In this document: in pieces, positions 48,628 to 58,143 of the stretch | How positions within the stretch are numbered: the stretch's first letter is position 1 | Layout of the letters: the number at the start of each line of letters is the position of its first letter | Assembly (NCBI GenBank): GCA_963677925.2 | Contig: CAXXYH010000003.1 | Coordinates: 1,312,001-1,376,000, forward strand | Direction of reading: 5' to 3' | From: Spirochaetia bacterium | Lineage (GTDB): Bacteria > Spirochaetota > Spirochaetia > UBA9216 | Length of the DNA: 64,000 bases | The notes under the pieces: model-generated | What the model was told of the DNA's origin: nothing | Databases searched by the model: none | Seen by the model: only the letters and a program-made list of their open reading frames with translations | Position numbers and translations under genes: made by a program

Positions 48628-50421
48628 TCAGTTCTTTTCTACCCTGTTTCGGCCCTTCCGCTTGGCGGAATAAAGGGCCGTATCTGCGATATGGAGGATG
48701 TCATACCACTTCATTTCAGATGAGGGAACGGCAGTTGTGATACCGGCGCTTACCGTGACGGATTCCGAACATTCAGAATCTATATGTTCTATTCCGAGAT
48801 CTTCTATGTTCTCACGCAGCCGTTCGGCAATGCGCTCAAGCTCTGCTATTTCACAGTTCGGTATTACTGCAACAAATTCCTCTCCGCCGTAACGGGCAAT
48901 AAGGTCGCCGCGGCGGTTGAGAGAATCACTTAGAGCAGAAGCTACGGCCTTTAGGCATTCGTCTCCTGCCATGTGTCCGTAACGGTCGTTATACAGCTTG
49001 AAATAATCTATATCGATCATCATCATCCCGAAAGAAACCTCTGTAAGTCTGTTGCGGTCCCACAGTTTCTGCATATATTCATTCAAGTATCTGCGGTTCG
49101 CAAGCTCTGTCAGCGGATCTACATATGACAGGTCGTATAGTTTTTCAGTCTCTTTTTCCATGGCAAGAAAGGCATCACTTAACTTGTTGATTTTTGTATA
49201 AGCAGACGAGGTATTATAAGCCTGCAGAAATGTCTGATAGATTGTAAAAATCAGAAACATTATATGCGGACTGTTAGGCGGAACGATCAGCTGATTATCA
49301 AGCATCCCAAGAATAGTGGCTGTAACAAGCATCAGGTATCCAAACAGATAAGCAATAGACAGAAAATCAAGCTTCTGTACAGAGCGGGTAACAATGGCAA
49401 ATATCGTGTAAAGAATAACAATAATACTGAAAGCTTCAAGCGGCACCAGCAGCCTGGTGAAGAATTGAGGTTTTGTAAAAAGTATAGGCAGCCATCCGAC
49501 AGCGGAAACGCCTATCACGATGAGTAAAACTTTCCGGAAAAACATAACCGGAAAGGAAAAATACAGATAGCAGAAAAACATCGGAATGGATAAGACCAGC
49601 GCCGAATAAATGAATCTGGTACGGGTATTGGAGCTGAAGTTTTCGAATATGCTCTTGAAAAGCAGCTCATCCTTACAGCCGATAAACAGGGCTATCAGAA
49701 TAAAGACTATTCCGAGAAAGAGATAAGGCAGCCTCAGATGCTGACTTGAATTCATCAGAAAAATTGCAAGGTGATAAATACCGATTATTATTACGGCTCC
49801 GAATATCACGGCATCAAGGGCAAGATGCTTTTCCCTGTACTTGTTAAGAGTATAAAAATTTCCGAAAAATATATCCCGGTTCAGACCGCCGTATATATCA
49901 GTCCAGCTTGAGACGTTAAAAACAAGGTCGATTGTATCTCCAGTTTCGGGGAGGGGAATCATGGCAGGAAGCGATTCTCCTTCAAAACTTTCAGGATCGG
50001 TGGAAGGCCTTCCCGCAGAGAAAACTTCCTTGCCGTTCACAAAAACTGTATAACTCTGCAGAACATTTGAAAGCTTGAGACAGAGATTTGCGGGGCTGTT
50101 ATCGGGAAGAAGAAGCCTTACAGAGTAAACTCCGGTGCCTCTTACATGAGGATTCCAGTAACCGGGAACATTGATAAACTCATCAGCGTTCTCGGGCGCA
50201 TAGCTAGAGAAATTTTCTGTACTGCAGAACTCTTCCCAGAAGAAGGCCCAGCTTCCTTCCAGCTCAATTATAGTTGATTCAAGCTCTGTTTCGGTTCTCA
50301 GGTCTATTATGCCGTTTTGAGCCGTATGTTTATGAACATGAGGTACACATGAGCCCAGTAAAAGCAGCATTAACAGTGACGGGAAAACTGCCAGAAGCCC
50401 CTTATTTACGAAGTTTTTCAT
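48628..50421 (-). CDS. Diguanylate cyclase with 7TM-DISM sensor and periplasmic sugar-binding-like domain
   Basis: LEGSWAFFW, VPGYW, about 7 TMs, DPLTELANRR, DIDYFKLYND.YGH..GD, RxxD I-site, GGEEF. Confidence 0.93.
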   Translation of the reverse strand: MKNFVNKGLLAVFPSLLMLLLLGSCVPHVHKHTAQNGIIDLRTETELESTIIELEGSWAFFWEEFCSTENFSSYAPENADEFINVPGYWNPHVRGTGVYSVRLLLPDNSPANLCLKLSNVLQSYTVFVNGKEVFSAGRPSTDPESFEGESLPAMIPLPETGDTIDLVFNVSSWTDIYGGLNRDIFFGNFYTLNKYREKHLALDAVIFGAVIIIGIYHLAIFLMNSSQHLRLPYLFLGIVFILIALFIGCKDELLFKSIFENFSSNTRTRFIYSALVLSIPMFFCYLYFSFPVMFFRKVLLIVIGVSAVGWLPILFTKPQFFTRLLVPLEAFSIIVILYTIFAIVTRSVQKLDFLSIAYLFGYLMLVTATILGMLDNQLIVPPNSPHIMFLIFTIYQTFLQAYNTSSAYTKINKLSDAFLAMEKETEKLYDLSYVDPLTELANRRYLNEYMQKLWDRNRLTEVSFGMMMIDIDYFKLYNDRYGHMAGDECLKAVASALSDSLNRRGDLIARYGGEEFVAVIPNCEIAELERIAERLRENIEDLGIEHIDSECSESVTVSAGITTAVPSSEMKWYDILHIADTALYSAKRKGRNRVEKN

Positions 50422-50464
50422 CCCTAAGATCGATATTAGCAGAATATTGTTTAATCTGCAATTA

Positions 50465-51235
50465 TTACCTTACTGCTAATACTAACATTCGCTGTGCTTT
50501 ATGGTCATAGGGTCTTCCGTCAAGCGCCCCGAAAAACCTGACTTCTGAAAAACCGGCTTCCGCCAGCAGAAGAGCCATTTCCTTTGCCGAATACAGACGG
50601 TGCCTGAATATTATTTCATTGAGTTCCGATGGCTGCTCATGTGAATCGGAAACAAAGAGCCAGCGGTTTTCAATATGAGTCCAGCCGTCGGTTATACGGT
50701 ACTGAAGCATGATATGATAGCCGTCACGCTGAAACCATTCAGAGTTTTTAAAATGAAGGGCGGTTGTCTCTTTTCCGATGGTATCTATAAGAAACTGACC
50801 GCCGGAAACCAGCGATTCACAGACGTTCCTGCACATCAGAAGGTCATCCTCTTCATCATCAAAGTAACCGAAGGATGTGAAGAAATTGAGTGCGAAATCG
50901 TAGCTTTCCGGCTTTTTGAAGGTACGGACATCCTGCTCAACGTATTCAACCTCAAGTCCTGCTTTTTCTGCTGCGGCCCGTGCCCGTTTCAGATAGGGTT
51001 TTGTGATATCAACCCCGGTTACTGAATGCCCTCTTTCGGCAAATGCCAGGTCATGCCGTCCTTCGCCGCAGCAGAGATCAAGTATTCTGCTCCCGGATTT
51101 AAGCCCGGCTAAAGCGGCAATGCCGTCGGCTTCCTCCTCTGTATCAGCCATCCTGTCGGGATCAAACATCAGAGGGCGGTATCTTTCCCAGAATTCTTCG
51201 GTCTCAAACCAGTCTTCACGTAAATCTATAAACAC
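50465..51235 (-). CDS. Class I SAM-dependent methyltransferase
   Basis: ILDLCCGEGRH, VTGVD, FTSFGYF, HRLYS, AGF. Confidence 0.9.
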   Translation of the reverse strand: MFIDLREDWFETEEFWERYRPLMFDPDRMADTEEEADGIAALAGLKSGSRILDLCCGEGRHDLAFAERGHSVTGVDITKPYLKRARAAAEKAGLEVEYVEQDVRTFKKPESYDFALNFFTSFGYFDDEEDDLLMCRNVCESLVSGGQFLIDTIGKETTALHFKNSEWFQRDGYHIMLQYRITDGWTHIENRWLFVSDSHEQPSELNEIIFRHRLYSAKEMALLLAEAGFSEVRFFGALDGRPYDHKAQRMLVLAVR

Positions 51236-51287
51236 ATGAAGCCTCCTTCACTTGATCTATAAGCCTATTCATGATACTCAGTGAACT

Positions 51288-51563
51288 ATGGATTTACAAC
51301 AGCAAAAGCAGGAAATTCTTTTTCCTGTATCGTTTCAGCTGAAGATAATCTGCATGGCTCATGACTGCGATAAATCAGCTTTCGACAGGTTCGGAAAAGT
51401 TCTGGACAAGTATTCAATTCCTCACAGCGGATGGAACAGCAAACCAAGCAGCGGAGGAAAGTATTCCAGCTATCGAGTTGATGTAACACTCGGCGATAAG
51501 CAAACAATGCAGAAGATGTATGCTGAACTGCAGTCGCTTGACGGGGTTAAATGCGTGATCTAA
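51288..51563 (+). CDS. YbeD/DUF493 family ACT-like protein
   Basis: FP..F.LKII...KPSSGGKYSSY.V......MYAEL....GVKCVI. Confidence 0.85.
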   Translation: MDLQQQKQEILFPVSFQLKIICMAHDCDKSAFDRFGKVLDKYSIPHSGWNSKPSSGGKYSSYRVDVTLGDKQTMQKMYAELQSLDGVKCVI

Positions 51564-52795
51564 GCCTGCTTACCGATGAAGACATAAAATTCATCGATGA
51601 AAAAGCAGAACAGTATCGTTTCAGTTTTCAGGATAAAAAGAAAGTCTCCGAAATTGCCGATGACCTCAGACGCTGGGACGAAGGAAATATAACATCGTTC
51701 TGGCCGGCAGAAGAGAACTCAAAACTCAAGGGCAAAGATCTTCGGAAGCATATAATGAACAGCCTTATTACCGGGTGGGATATACTGAAGAAGTCTGATA
51801 AGGAGTATGAAAACTTTGAATCGGGCTATCAGCCGGAAAAGCGGATATCAGTACTTTCAGATACACCGGCGGAGAATCCTATTATGGGAACCTGTCCTGT
51901 CGCCTCGGAAAAGACCAGATGCTGCAACCTCAGGACGCTCGATGCCGTTATGAACTGCGGATTTGACTGCAGCTACTGCAGCATACAGACCTTCTACCAC
52001 ACGAGGGAAATCAAGTTTCACACCGATTTAAGGCAAAAACTTTCTATTATAAGTGATTCTCTTTCACCCGATCAGCGCTATCACATCGGCACAGGCCAGT
52101 CCTCGGATTCCCTGATGTGGGGAAACCATCAAGGAATGATGGAGCATCTGTTTGATTTTGCCGAGACAAACCCGAATGTGATTCTGGAACTGAAATCAAA
52201 ATCGGATAATATTGATTACCTGAGAGGACACAGGATTCCTCCTAATGTAGTGACAACATGGAGTCTTAATCCGGAAGTCATCATTGATAAAGAGGAACAT
52301 CTTGCAGCATCGCTTAAAAGGCGGCTTGCCGCTGCCGAGGCAGTTTCTTCTGCAGGCGGACTTGTAGGCTTTCACTTTCATCCTATGGTGATGTACAAAG
52401 GCTGGCAGGAAGGATACAGTTATATCTTCAGCGAACTGCTTAAACGATTCAATGCTGATGATGTCTGCATGGTTTCGATGGGAACACTGACTTTTATCAA
52501 ACCGGTGATGCGCGAGCTCAAACGCAGGATGTTTAAAAGCAAGATACTGCAGATGCCGATGACCGAGATTGCCGGAAAGTTTTCATACCCATTTGAGGTC
52601 AAGGCAGAGTTGTTCCGCTTCGCCTATGAAGCGCTGAAGCCCTGGCATGACTCAGTCTTCTTTTACATGTGCATGGAGGATATCGCACTATGGGAACCGG
52701 TATTCGGCAGAACGTACAGCACAAATGAGAATTTTGAAGAAGACATGATAAGCAGCTACTTTAAAAAGATAGAGAGTAAATGGAAAAAGCAGTAA
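51551..52795 (+). CDS. Spore photoproduct lyase (SplB)-like radical SAM protein with N-terminal extension
   Basis: NCGFDCSYC, IGTGQSSDSL, LELKSKS, TWSLNP, GFHFHP, FYMCME. Confidence 0.85.
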   Translation: MRDLSLLTDEDIKFIDEKAEQYRFSFQDKKKVSEIADDLRRWDEGNITSFWPAEENSKLKGKDLRKHIMNSLITGWDILKKSDKEYENFESGYQPEKRISVLSDTPAENPIMGTCPVASEKTRCCNLRTLDAVMNCGFDCSYCSIQTFYHTREIKFHTDLRQKLSIISDSLSPDQRYHIGTGQSSDSLMWGNHQGMMEHLFDFAETNPNVILELKSKSDNIDYLRGHRIPPNVVTTWSLNPEVIIDKEEHLAASLKRRLAAAEAVSSAGGLVGFHFHPMVMYKGWQEGYSYIFSELLKRFNADDVCMVSMGTLTFIKPVMRELKRRMFKSKILQMPMTEIAGKFSYPFEVKAELFRFAYEALKPWHDSVFFYMCMEDIALWEPVFGRTYSTNENFEEDMISSYFKKIESKWKKQ

Positions 52796-54030
52796 TAATC
52801 GGAGAAAAAGGCAGCGACAGCCTGATTGCGGAACTCAGCGAGATGGTCACAACCATCGGAATGGAAGTCTTTGACAGCATTACAGTCTCCGAAACTGCCA
52901 GACATCCAGCATGGCTGATAGGTTCGGGAAAGGCTGCCGAAATACTGGAATACTGCGATGATAATGAAGCAGATGTCATTGTTTTCAACATGGCCCTCTC
53001 GCCGTCTCAGCAGCGGAACTGGGAAAAGGCTTCCGGACTCTGTGTAATTGACAGACAGGAAGTAATTCTTGAAATATTCTCACAGCGGGCTGTCACCAGA
53101 GAAGCCAGCCTTCAGACAGGTCTTGCCCGCCTCGAATATTCCCTGCCCCGCCTGACCCGGGCATGGACCCACCTGTCACGGCAGCGCGGAGGAACTAGGG
53201 GAACACGTGGCGAGGGTGAAACCCAGCTTGAAGTTGACCGCCGTATTGTTCTTAACCGGATTGCGAAGATGAAGCGTGAGCTCGCCCAGATAGAAAAACA
53301 GCGCGCGGTCCGGCGGGCACGACGTACAGGTGCAGGTGTATTTTCAGCCTGTATAGTCGGTTATACGAATGCAGGTAAATCATCAATGCTGAATCTTTTA
53401 AGCGGTTCCGATGCCTATTCCGAGGATCTGCTCTTCGCCACACTCGACCCTACAACACGTATGGTGCAGCTGCCGTCCGGCACTGTCATAACATTGACTG
53501 ATACTGTCGGATTTATTAGAGACCTGCCTCACAAACTGGTTCAGGCCTTTCATTCAACTCTGGAAGAAGCCGTGCTTGCAGACCTGCTTATAAATGTAGT
53601 AGATGCATCGGACCCTGAGGCCGCAAACCATTTTGATACAACTGTAGAAACTCTTGCCGAGATAGGAGCAAAAGGCAAACGGATGATAACCGTCTTTAAC
53701 AAGATGGATCTGCTTGATGCTGATGATGAGGCCTTTATGTTCGGGCTGAACAGAATCAGCGGGCAGTCAGAGAAAACAATAAACTGCTCAGTAAAGGAAA
53801 AAACAGGTATAGAGGATCTTCTTGCTGAAATTGACGCAATTGTGGCTGAAACACGGGTTGAAACCGTGTTTATTATTCCCTTTTCAGACTACAGGGCCGC
53901 AGCCTACCTGCATGAAAACAGTGAAATTATTGAAGAAAAGCATCAGGATGAGGGTGTTGAAATTACAGTTGTCTGCAGTCCGGAGGTATCCGGAAGGCTT
54001 GAAAAGTACAGAAAACCGTCACAGGAATAA
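52780..54030 (+). CDS. hflX: Ribosome-splitting GTPase HflX
   Basis: IGSGK, DRQEVILEIF, SRQRGG, GEGETQLE.DRR, GYTNAGKS, LFATLDPT, DTVGFI, NKMD. Confidence 0.96.
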   Translation: MEKAVIIGEKGSDSLIAELSEMVTTIGMEVFDSITVSETARHPAWLIGSGKAAEILEYCDDNEADVIVFNMALSPSQQRNWEKASGLCVIDRQEVILEIFSQRAVTREASLQTGLARLEYSLPRLTRAWTHLSRQRGGTRGTRGEGETQLEVDRRIVLNRIAKMKRELAQIEKQRAVRRARRTGAGVFSACIVGYTNAGKSSMLNLLSGSDAYSEDLLFATLDPTTRMVQLPSGTVITLTDTVGFIRDLPHKLVQAFHSTLEEAVLADLLINVVDASDPEAANHFDTTVETLAEIGAKGKRMITVFNKMDLLDADDEAFMFGLNRISGQSEKTINCSVKEKTGIEDLLAEIDAIVAETRVETVFIIPFSDYRAAAYLHENSEIIEEKHQDEGVEITVVCSPEVSGRLEKYRKPSQE

Positions 54031-54050
54031 GATTTTCAGGAATCTGATTT

Positions 54051-54455
54051 TCAGCTGACCATGGTGCCAAGAGCATAAGTCAGGGTTTTTATCATCTCTT
54101 CCCGCTTAAGCGGTTTTACAATGTAGTGTACGGCTCCGTTCAGGAAGGCTTCCTTCATCAGATCGGATTTACCCAGCGCGCTCACAATAACCACACAGGC
54201 TTCCGGATCAATTTTGCGGATCTCTTTCAGAGCCTCAACCCCGTGCATACCCGGCATAGTAATATCCATTGTGACAAGATCGATATCCGGAAAAAAGGCT
54301 TCATACTTCTCAACGGCTTCCTTGCCGTGTGACGCAACTCCGATAACCTCAAATCCTTCAGCTTCCAGCAGCTTCTTTATCTGGTTCTGCACAAAAAGAG
54401 AGTCATCAACTACCAGTACTTTATACGGAGTGCCGTCCGCTTTCAAACCGATCAT
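54051..54455 (-). CDS. cheY: Single-domain response regulator, spirochete CheY type
   Basis: G.KADGTPYKVLVVDDSLFV, DLVTMDITMP, VSALG, YIVKP; no output domain. Confidence 0.8.
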   Translation of the reverse strand: MIGLKADGTPYKVLVVDDSLFVQNQIKKLLEAEGFEVIGVASHGKEAVEKYEAFFPDIDLVTMDITMPGMHGVEALKEIRKIDPEACVVIVSALGKSDLMKEAFLNGAVHYIVKPLKREEMIKTLTYALGTMVS

Positions 54456-54545
54456 ACAATTATATTTTGTATTTTTTAGCGCTTAATTGCAAGCATTTTC
54501 GGGCATCTCTTGAAATAAATAATACAATGGTTTACGCTCAGATTC

Positions 54546-55742
54546 ATGAAAACATATGATGAGATCAATCACAGAATAGAGTCGGGAAAGGCGGTAGTCC
54601 TTACAGCAGATGAAGTTATAGACTACGTTGACAGAAAGGGACTTGATGAGGCCGCTGCTGAAATAGATGTAGTAACCACAGCAACCTTCGGACCTATGTG
54701 CTCATCTGGATGTTTTCTAAACTTCGGACACTCAAAGCCGAAGATGCGTATGACCGAAGTCTGGATTGATGATGTCATGGCATATGCCGGTATCGCAGCG
54801 GTGGATGTATACCTGGGGGCAACTCAGCTTCGGCACAATGATCCTGCAAACATGTACTATCCAGGCGACTTTCTATACGGCGGAGGCCACGTCATTGAAA
54901 AGCTGGTTGCAGGTGAAGAACTTCAGCTTTTTGCCCTCAGTTACGGTACAGATGAGTATCCGCTTAAAGAGATAAGAACGTATTTCACAATAGATGACCT
55001 TAACCAGGCCATCATGACAAATCCCCGCAACTGCTACCAGAACTACAATGTCGCAATCAACTGTTCCGACAAGCCTATTTATACATATCTGGGTGAGCTT
55101 AGACCGAACATGAAAAATCTCACATACTGCTCGGCCGGACAGCTTTCACCTCTTTTAAACGACCCGCTTTACCGGACTATAGGTGTAGGTACAAGCATCT
55201 GGCTTGCAGGAGCTCACGGACATGTATACTCCGAAGGAACCCAGCATGCCTCGGCCTGCCAGAGAGGTGAAAACGGAGTGCCGATGGAAGGCGCCGGAAC
55301 CCTGGCGCTTACCGGAAACATGAAGGAAATGGACCCGGAATTTGTCCGGGGAGTCAGCCTCAAGGGCTACGGAGTATCACTGGCTCTCGGAGTAGGTATT
55401 CCCATTCCTGTTCTTGATAAGGAAGTTTTAAGGCAGTGCTGTGTACGAGACAGCGAGATATTTGCCGAGGTAATTGACTATTCATCATCCTACCCGGAAC
55501 GGCGCGGAGACATACTTGGAAGACTGTCATATGCCGATCTTAGGAGCGGAACCGTTGATTTGAACGGAAAGAAGGTTGCAACCGGTTCTATGTCCTCATA
55601 TTCAAAGGCACTCAGGATCGCCGAACTGCTGAAAGAGGAAATCCGGAATGGCGACTTCCTGCTCAGCAAGCCCTTCAGGCCGCTGCCGGTAAACCAGGGA
55701 ATGAGCCCGCTTGATGTCAGGGCACAGGGAGAGAAAAAATGA
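54546..55742 (+). CDS. Homocysteine biosynthesis protein / L-aspartate semialdehyde sulfurtransferase (DUF39, MJ0100/MA1821-like), no CBS domains
   Basis: KTY.EIN.RI..GKAVVLTA.E, DVVTTATFGPMCSSG, AAVD.YLGAT, YGGGHVIE.L, YGTD.YP, NPRN.YQNY, AGQLSPLLNDP, GTQH, GYGVSL..G.GIPIP. Confidence 0.93.
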   Translation: MKTYDEINHRIESGKAVVLTADEVIDYVDRKGLDEAAAEIDVVTTATFGPMCSSGCFLNFGHSKPKMRMTEVWIDDVMAYAGIAAVDVYLGATQLRHNDPANMYYPGDFLYGGGHVIEKLVAGEELQLFALSYGTDEYPLKEIRTYFTIDDLNQAIMTNPRNCYQNYNVAINCSDKPIYTYLGELRPNMKNLTYCSAGQLSPLLNDPLYRTIGVGTSIWLAGAHGHVYSEGTQHASACQRGENGVPMEGAGTLALTGNMKEMDPEFVRGVSLKGYGVSLALGVGIPIPVLDKEVLRQCCVRDSEIFAEVIDYSSSYPERRGDILGRLSYADLRSGTVDLNGKKVATGSMSSYSKALRIAELLKEEIRNGDFLLSKPFRPLPVNQGMSPLDVRAQGEKK

Positions 55743-56164
55743 GCACTGCCGGAGAAATAACCAAAAGAGTAATACTGAGCTTTCCGAAGTTTGTATCAGG
55801 TCAGCCGATAATTACCGGACTGATTAGAAAATACGACCTCGAAATTAATATATACCGGGCAAGAGTTACACCCAATGAAGAAGGTTACATCGCAATTGAT
55901 GTAAAAGGAACAGAGGACCAGATAGACCAGGGTTTTGAGTTCATCCGCTCATGCAATGTTGAAATCAATCTAACTGAAAACAGTCTTCTGTGGGATAAAG
56001 ATAAGTGTACAGGATGCGGGAACTGCGTTCCCCACTGCCCCACCGGAGCCCTCTATGTGGTTGAGGACCGATCTAGAGCTATTGATTTTCACCGCGACAA
56101 ATGCATTGAATGCCTGAGCTGCATACGAAACTGTCCATTCGGAGCATGCAGCTCTATATTCTGA
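55739..56164 (+). CDS. NIL-domain 2x[4Fe-4S] ferredoxin (MJ0099/MA1822-like)
   Basis: N-terminal NIL (LIRKYDLEINIYRARV), CTGCGNCVPHCP and CIECLSCIRNCP; ATGA overlap. Confidence 0.92.
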   Translation: MSTAGEITKRVILSFPKFVSGQPIITGLIRKYDLEINIYRARVTPNEEGYIAIDVKGTEDQIDQGFEFIRSCNVEINLTENSLLWDKDKCTGCGNCVPHCPTGALYVVEDRSRAIDFHRDKCIECLSCIRNCPFGACSSIF

Positions 56165-56166
56165 AT

Positions 56167-56967
56167 ATGAGAGAATTCAGAACCTTCAGGTTCAGGGACG
56201 CATCATACCGTATTTCAGTCAGATTCGGAGCAAGCGGAAAGCAGCAGACCAGTTTGACAGACGCAATATACACCGAACTCTTCAGCATTATAACAGGGCT
56301 CAGGGAAGGCCTTGAAGCATTTGTAAAAACCGACCGTATCTTTTTATCCTCATTTTCACCTGTGGAGGCCTCCCCGGAAGCTCCCGAAGCGGCAAAAAGA
56401 ATGGCCGAGGCGGCATCACCTGCAGGGGTCGGCCCAATGGCGGCAGTTGCCGGAACCATAGCCCAGATGGCAGCCGAATCCGTATTCCAAAAGCATTCAG
56501 CAGACGGCCTCAGGGAGGTAATAATTGAAAACGGCGGTGATATATTCATTCAGACTGATGAGGCGCCTGCAGATTCTACAGATGAGACTTATAATATCAT
56601 TATCAGCCTGTTTACAGGCCCGGACTCACCTTTCAAAAACCTTGCGCTTAAAATACCATCCACTGACCTGCCGGTATCAGTCTGTTCTTCATCATCAATC
56701 ATGGGACATTCTGCAAGTATGGGAAACTGCGATCTTGCGACTGTCATTTCAAAAAGCGGCTCTCTGGCGGATGCCGCAGCTACTGCAGCCGCCAACCTTG
56801 TAAAAACAACAGACGATCTGAAAGCTGCAGCTGAGCAGATCTCTTCTATTGAGGGAATTATCGGAGTTTTACTGTTCAAGGATGATAAAATGGCCGCCGC
56901 CGGGCAGATACCGGAGATAATAAGGCAGAATGACCCGGAAAGCAGCAGCAAGATTACCATATACTGA
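56167..56967 (+). CDS. UPF0280 / ApbE-like protein (MA1715-like)
   Basis: GVGPMAAVAGTIA, IIENGGDI, VCSSS..MGHS.S.G..D, ADAAATAAAN. Likely start ATG 56167. Confidence 0.9.
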   Translation: MREFRTFRFRDASYRISVRFGASGKQQTSLTDAIYTELFSIITGLREGLEAFVKTDRIFLSSFSPVEASPEAPEAAKRMAEAASPAGVGPMAAVAGTIAQMAAESVFQKHSADGLREVIIENGGDIFIQTDEAPADSTDETYNIIISLFTGPDSPFKNLALKIPSTDLPVSVCSSSSIMGHSASMGNCDLATVISKSGSLADAAATAAANLVKTTDDLKAAAEQISSIEGIIGVLLFKDDKMAAAGQIPEIIRQNDPESSSKITIY

Positions 56968-57049
56968 CATCCATAAATAAAAAAAACGATTCACGCTTAC
57001 CTCCAAAAGCGTTATAATGTGTTCACAGCTCAGACATGGAGACAGTACC

Positions 57050-57613
57050 TTGGGTAAAATGAAGAATGCCGACTCGGCAAAAACCCGTGAAAAAATCATC
57101 AGCGCGGCTGCTCATCTCATTATCCGGCAGGGAGCCGAGAACACAAGCCTCTCTGACATCGCCAAAGAAAGCGGAATAAGCAAGGGTACTCTTTACTATT
57201 ACTATCCAACCAAGTCTGAACTCATATTTGAAATTACAACAAGGCATATGCGAAGACTCACCGAGGATATCATTAGATGGGTCGGTGCAATGAAGGGCGG
57301 CCTGCCGCCCGAAAAGATACTTCAGGCGGTCTACAGTCTGCTGACAAGGGCAAGCAAGAGAGGAAGGCTGCACCTGTACCTTATCTATGACGGAATTTCC
57401 GGAAATGAAGCAGCCGCAGAACGGGTACGCGATATTTACCTAGACTGGAAAAAGGCTGTGAAGGACGGCCTTGGCAGGCTGGTAGAGGATGATCCAGACA
57501 AGGAAATACTTGCCGAACTTATCCTGGCCTGTCTTGACGGTGTTTTCATTCAGGCCAGTCTCGGTATCAACGACATTCCCCTTGAAAAAATGACCAGAAG
57601 AATCCTGGGATAA
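57050..57613 (+). CDS. TetR/AcrR-family regulator
   Basis: TREKIISAA...G...TSLSDIAKESGISKGTLYYYYPTKSEL. Start is TTG 57050 (GGAG SD) or ATG 57059. Confidence 0.92.
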   Translation: MGKMKNADSAKTREKIISAAAHLIIRQGAENTSLSDIAKESGISKGTLYYYYPTKSELIFEITTRHMRRLTEDIIRWVGAMKGGLPPEKILQAVYSLLTRASKRGRLHLYLIYDGISGNEAAAERVRDIYLDWKKAVKDGLGRLVEDDPDKEILAELILACLDGVFIQASLGINDIPLEKMTRRILG

Positions 57614-57626
57614 TATTCATATTTAT

Positions 57627-57674
57627 TTGACAAGTTCCTATATAAAGTTTATAAATAAGTTAGAGTTAGCTCTA
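57627..57674 (+). promoter_or_regulatory. merR promoter (TTGACA-N17-TATAAA) and MerR-type palindrome TAGAG-TTAG-CTCTA
   Basis: -35 at 57627, -10 at 57650, palindrome at 57661-57674 resembling AdhR/NmlR operators. Confidence 0.7.
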
Positions 57675-57711
57675 CGTTTAACTTGCTTCAATTTTTCAGC
57701 GGAGGTGCATA

Positions 57712-58143
57712 ATGACTTACACCATAGGTGATGTAGCACAAAAATTTAATCTTAGTATTCATACCCTGCGTTACTATGAAAAAGAGGGACTTCTGCCCTT
57801 CGTTCAGCGTTCCGACAGCGGAATCAGAAAATTTGATGATAATGCAATTGAGGGTATTAAGGTTATTGAATGCCTTAAAAAAACCAACATGCAGCTGAAG
57901 GACATCAAGTCATTCATGGACTGGTGCACGGAAGGTGATGATTCTCTCAAACAAAGACAGAAGATGTTTCATGAGCGAAAGGCAATCGTTGAGCAGCAGA
58001 TAGCCGAACTTAACAATGTCATGGAACTTATCAATTATAAATGCTGGTACTATGATACCGCAGTTGAACTCGGCTCAGAAAAGGCTGTCTGGGACATGCC
58101 GCCTGAGCAGATACCTGAAGAGATAAAAGCTCTGAAGCATTAG
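57712..58143 (+). CDS. MerR-family regulator (AdhR/NmlR-like)
   Basis: YTIGDVA...SIHTLRYYEKEGLL, conserved IECLK Cys, GDDSL.QR, NYKCWYY. Confidence 0.92.
   Translation: MTYTIGDVAQKFNLSIHTLRYYEKEGLLPFVQRSDSGIRKFDDNAIEGIKVIECLKKTNMQLKDIKSFMDWCTEGDDSLKQRQKMFHERKAIVEQQIAELNNVMELINYKCWYYDTAVELGSEKAVWDMPPEQIPEEIKALKH

Noticed and set aside
51551-52795. Evidence of sporulation from the SplB-like gene
   Set aside because: SplB-like proteins occur widely in non-sporulators, and the rest of the window indicates a diderm spirochete.
54456-54545. SAM riboswitch or T-box upstream of the homocysteine operon
   Set aside because: Only 90 bp, AT-rich and shared with the divergent cheY; no ATC.AGAG...GCAACC or T-box motif.
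56110-56166. Longer upstream starts from the ORF track (also 3909, 11197, 24876, 31179, 57017, 61621, 63425)
   Set aside because: They overlap neighbouring genes, promoters or hairpins; downstream starts fit SD position, signal peptides or family N-termini better.
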